Below, piece by piece: positions 63,753 through 64,000 of a stretch of 64,000 nt of DNA (the stretch's first letter is position 1; every line of letters begins with the position of its first letter). Origin of the DNA: an uncultured Spirochaetaceae bacterium (GTDB lineage Bacteria > Myxococcota_A > UBA9160 > UBA4427); contig CAYTAT010000006.1 in the NCBI GenBank assembly GCA_964435795.1, positions 67,513 through 131,512 of the forward strand, read 5' to 3'. The notes below the pieces were generated by a model. It was not told the DNA's origin, searched no databases, and saw only the letters and a program-made list of their open reading frames with translations. Made by a program: the position numbers and the translations under genes.

Positions 63753-63964
63753 GGTCGACAGAGTAGCGATTGGGGAAAGTATGGGCCGCCGGAGAAAGTG
63801 TTCGCGGGCGAAACGCTTCGTCCCCGTTACACTGGAATCGGGGGCGGATTCCCATCCGGGTATTCGGATCGGCGACCTGTTCCGGGGATCTTCCTGGGGG
63901 GCGAGGCTTCGGGGAACCGTCGAGAGCCGCCTGTCGCCCAAAACGCAATCCAAAAATCAGCCCG

Positions 63965-64000
63965 ATCAGAGCCGTCCAATCAGAGCCGTCCAATCAGAGC
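63965..64000. repeat. Perfect 14-nt tandem repeat (ATCAGAGCCGTCCA), 2.6 copies, truncated by window end
   Basis: Read directly: ATCAGAGCCGTCCA ATCAGAGCCGTCCA ATCAGAGC. Confidence 0.7.

Noticed and set aside
1-64000. Looked for CRISPR arrays, transposases, integrases, phage genes, rRNA genes, and retron/DGR-type reverse transcriptases
   Set aside because: No spaced direct-repeat arrays, no DDE/tyrosine-recombinase or YxDD motifs, and no rRNA-like sequence were seen. The two tRNA-Leu genes have no flanking direct repeats suggesting an integrated element.

Overview
High-GC (roughly 60-63% by eye) chromosomal segment from a Gram-negative (diderm) bacterium. I cannot place the lineage from sequence alone. 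Nearly all of it is tightly packed core and housekeeping genes. There are no rRNA genes, CRISPR arrays, transposases, integrases or phage genes. Main blocks: (1) a complete minus-strand type II secretion cluster, gspC-D-E-F-G-H-I-J-K-L plus the start of gspM (1-12082). (2) A dnaK-hsp20-lon heat-shock operon followed by an OmpA-like lipoprotein. (3) Glycerate kinase, flavin reductase and a DsbA-like protein. (4) pgk-tpiA-secG-tRNA-Leu(GAG). (5) An S45 penicillin-acylase-like gene translationally coupled to a Y-family polymerase-like gene; both appear to lack catalytic residues. (6) PilZ plus glycan-synthesis genes. (7) tRNA-Leu(CAG) and a second lon, then rnr. (8) An Rrf2 / JAMM / TolB-like / ATP-sulfurylase group. 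(9) nadC-birA-coaX behind a sigma-28-family sigma factor that has a strong sigma-54 promoter match. (10) A 2-TM coiled-coil protein with a RelE/HigB-like C-terminal domain. (11) A duplicated GT4 + SAM-methyltransferase module. (12) A peptidoglycan-recycling group: anmK, MBL hydrolase, murU-like, amgK-like, SpmA/B-like permease, dacB. (13) rsmD-coaD and ispH. I see no clear new multi-gene system. The best candidates for follow-up are the membrane-tethered RelE/HigB-like fusion next to a 0.5-kb GC-rich non-coding region, the pair of apparently inactive enzymes, the MBL hydrolase in the position where a MurNAc-6P phosphatase would be expected, and the Gly-Gly-ending small ORF abutting the JAMM gene. 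All family assignments come from motif recognition by eye, not from database searches.
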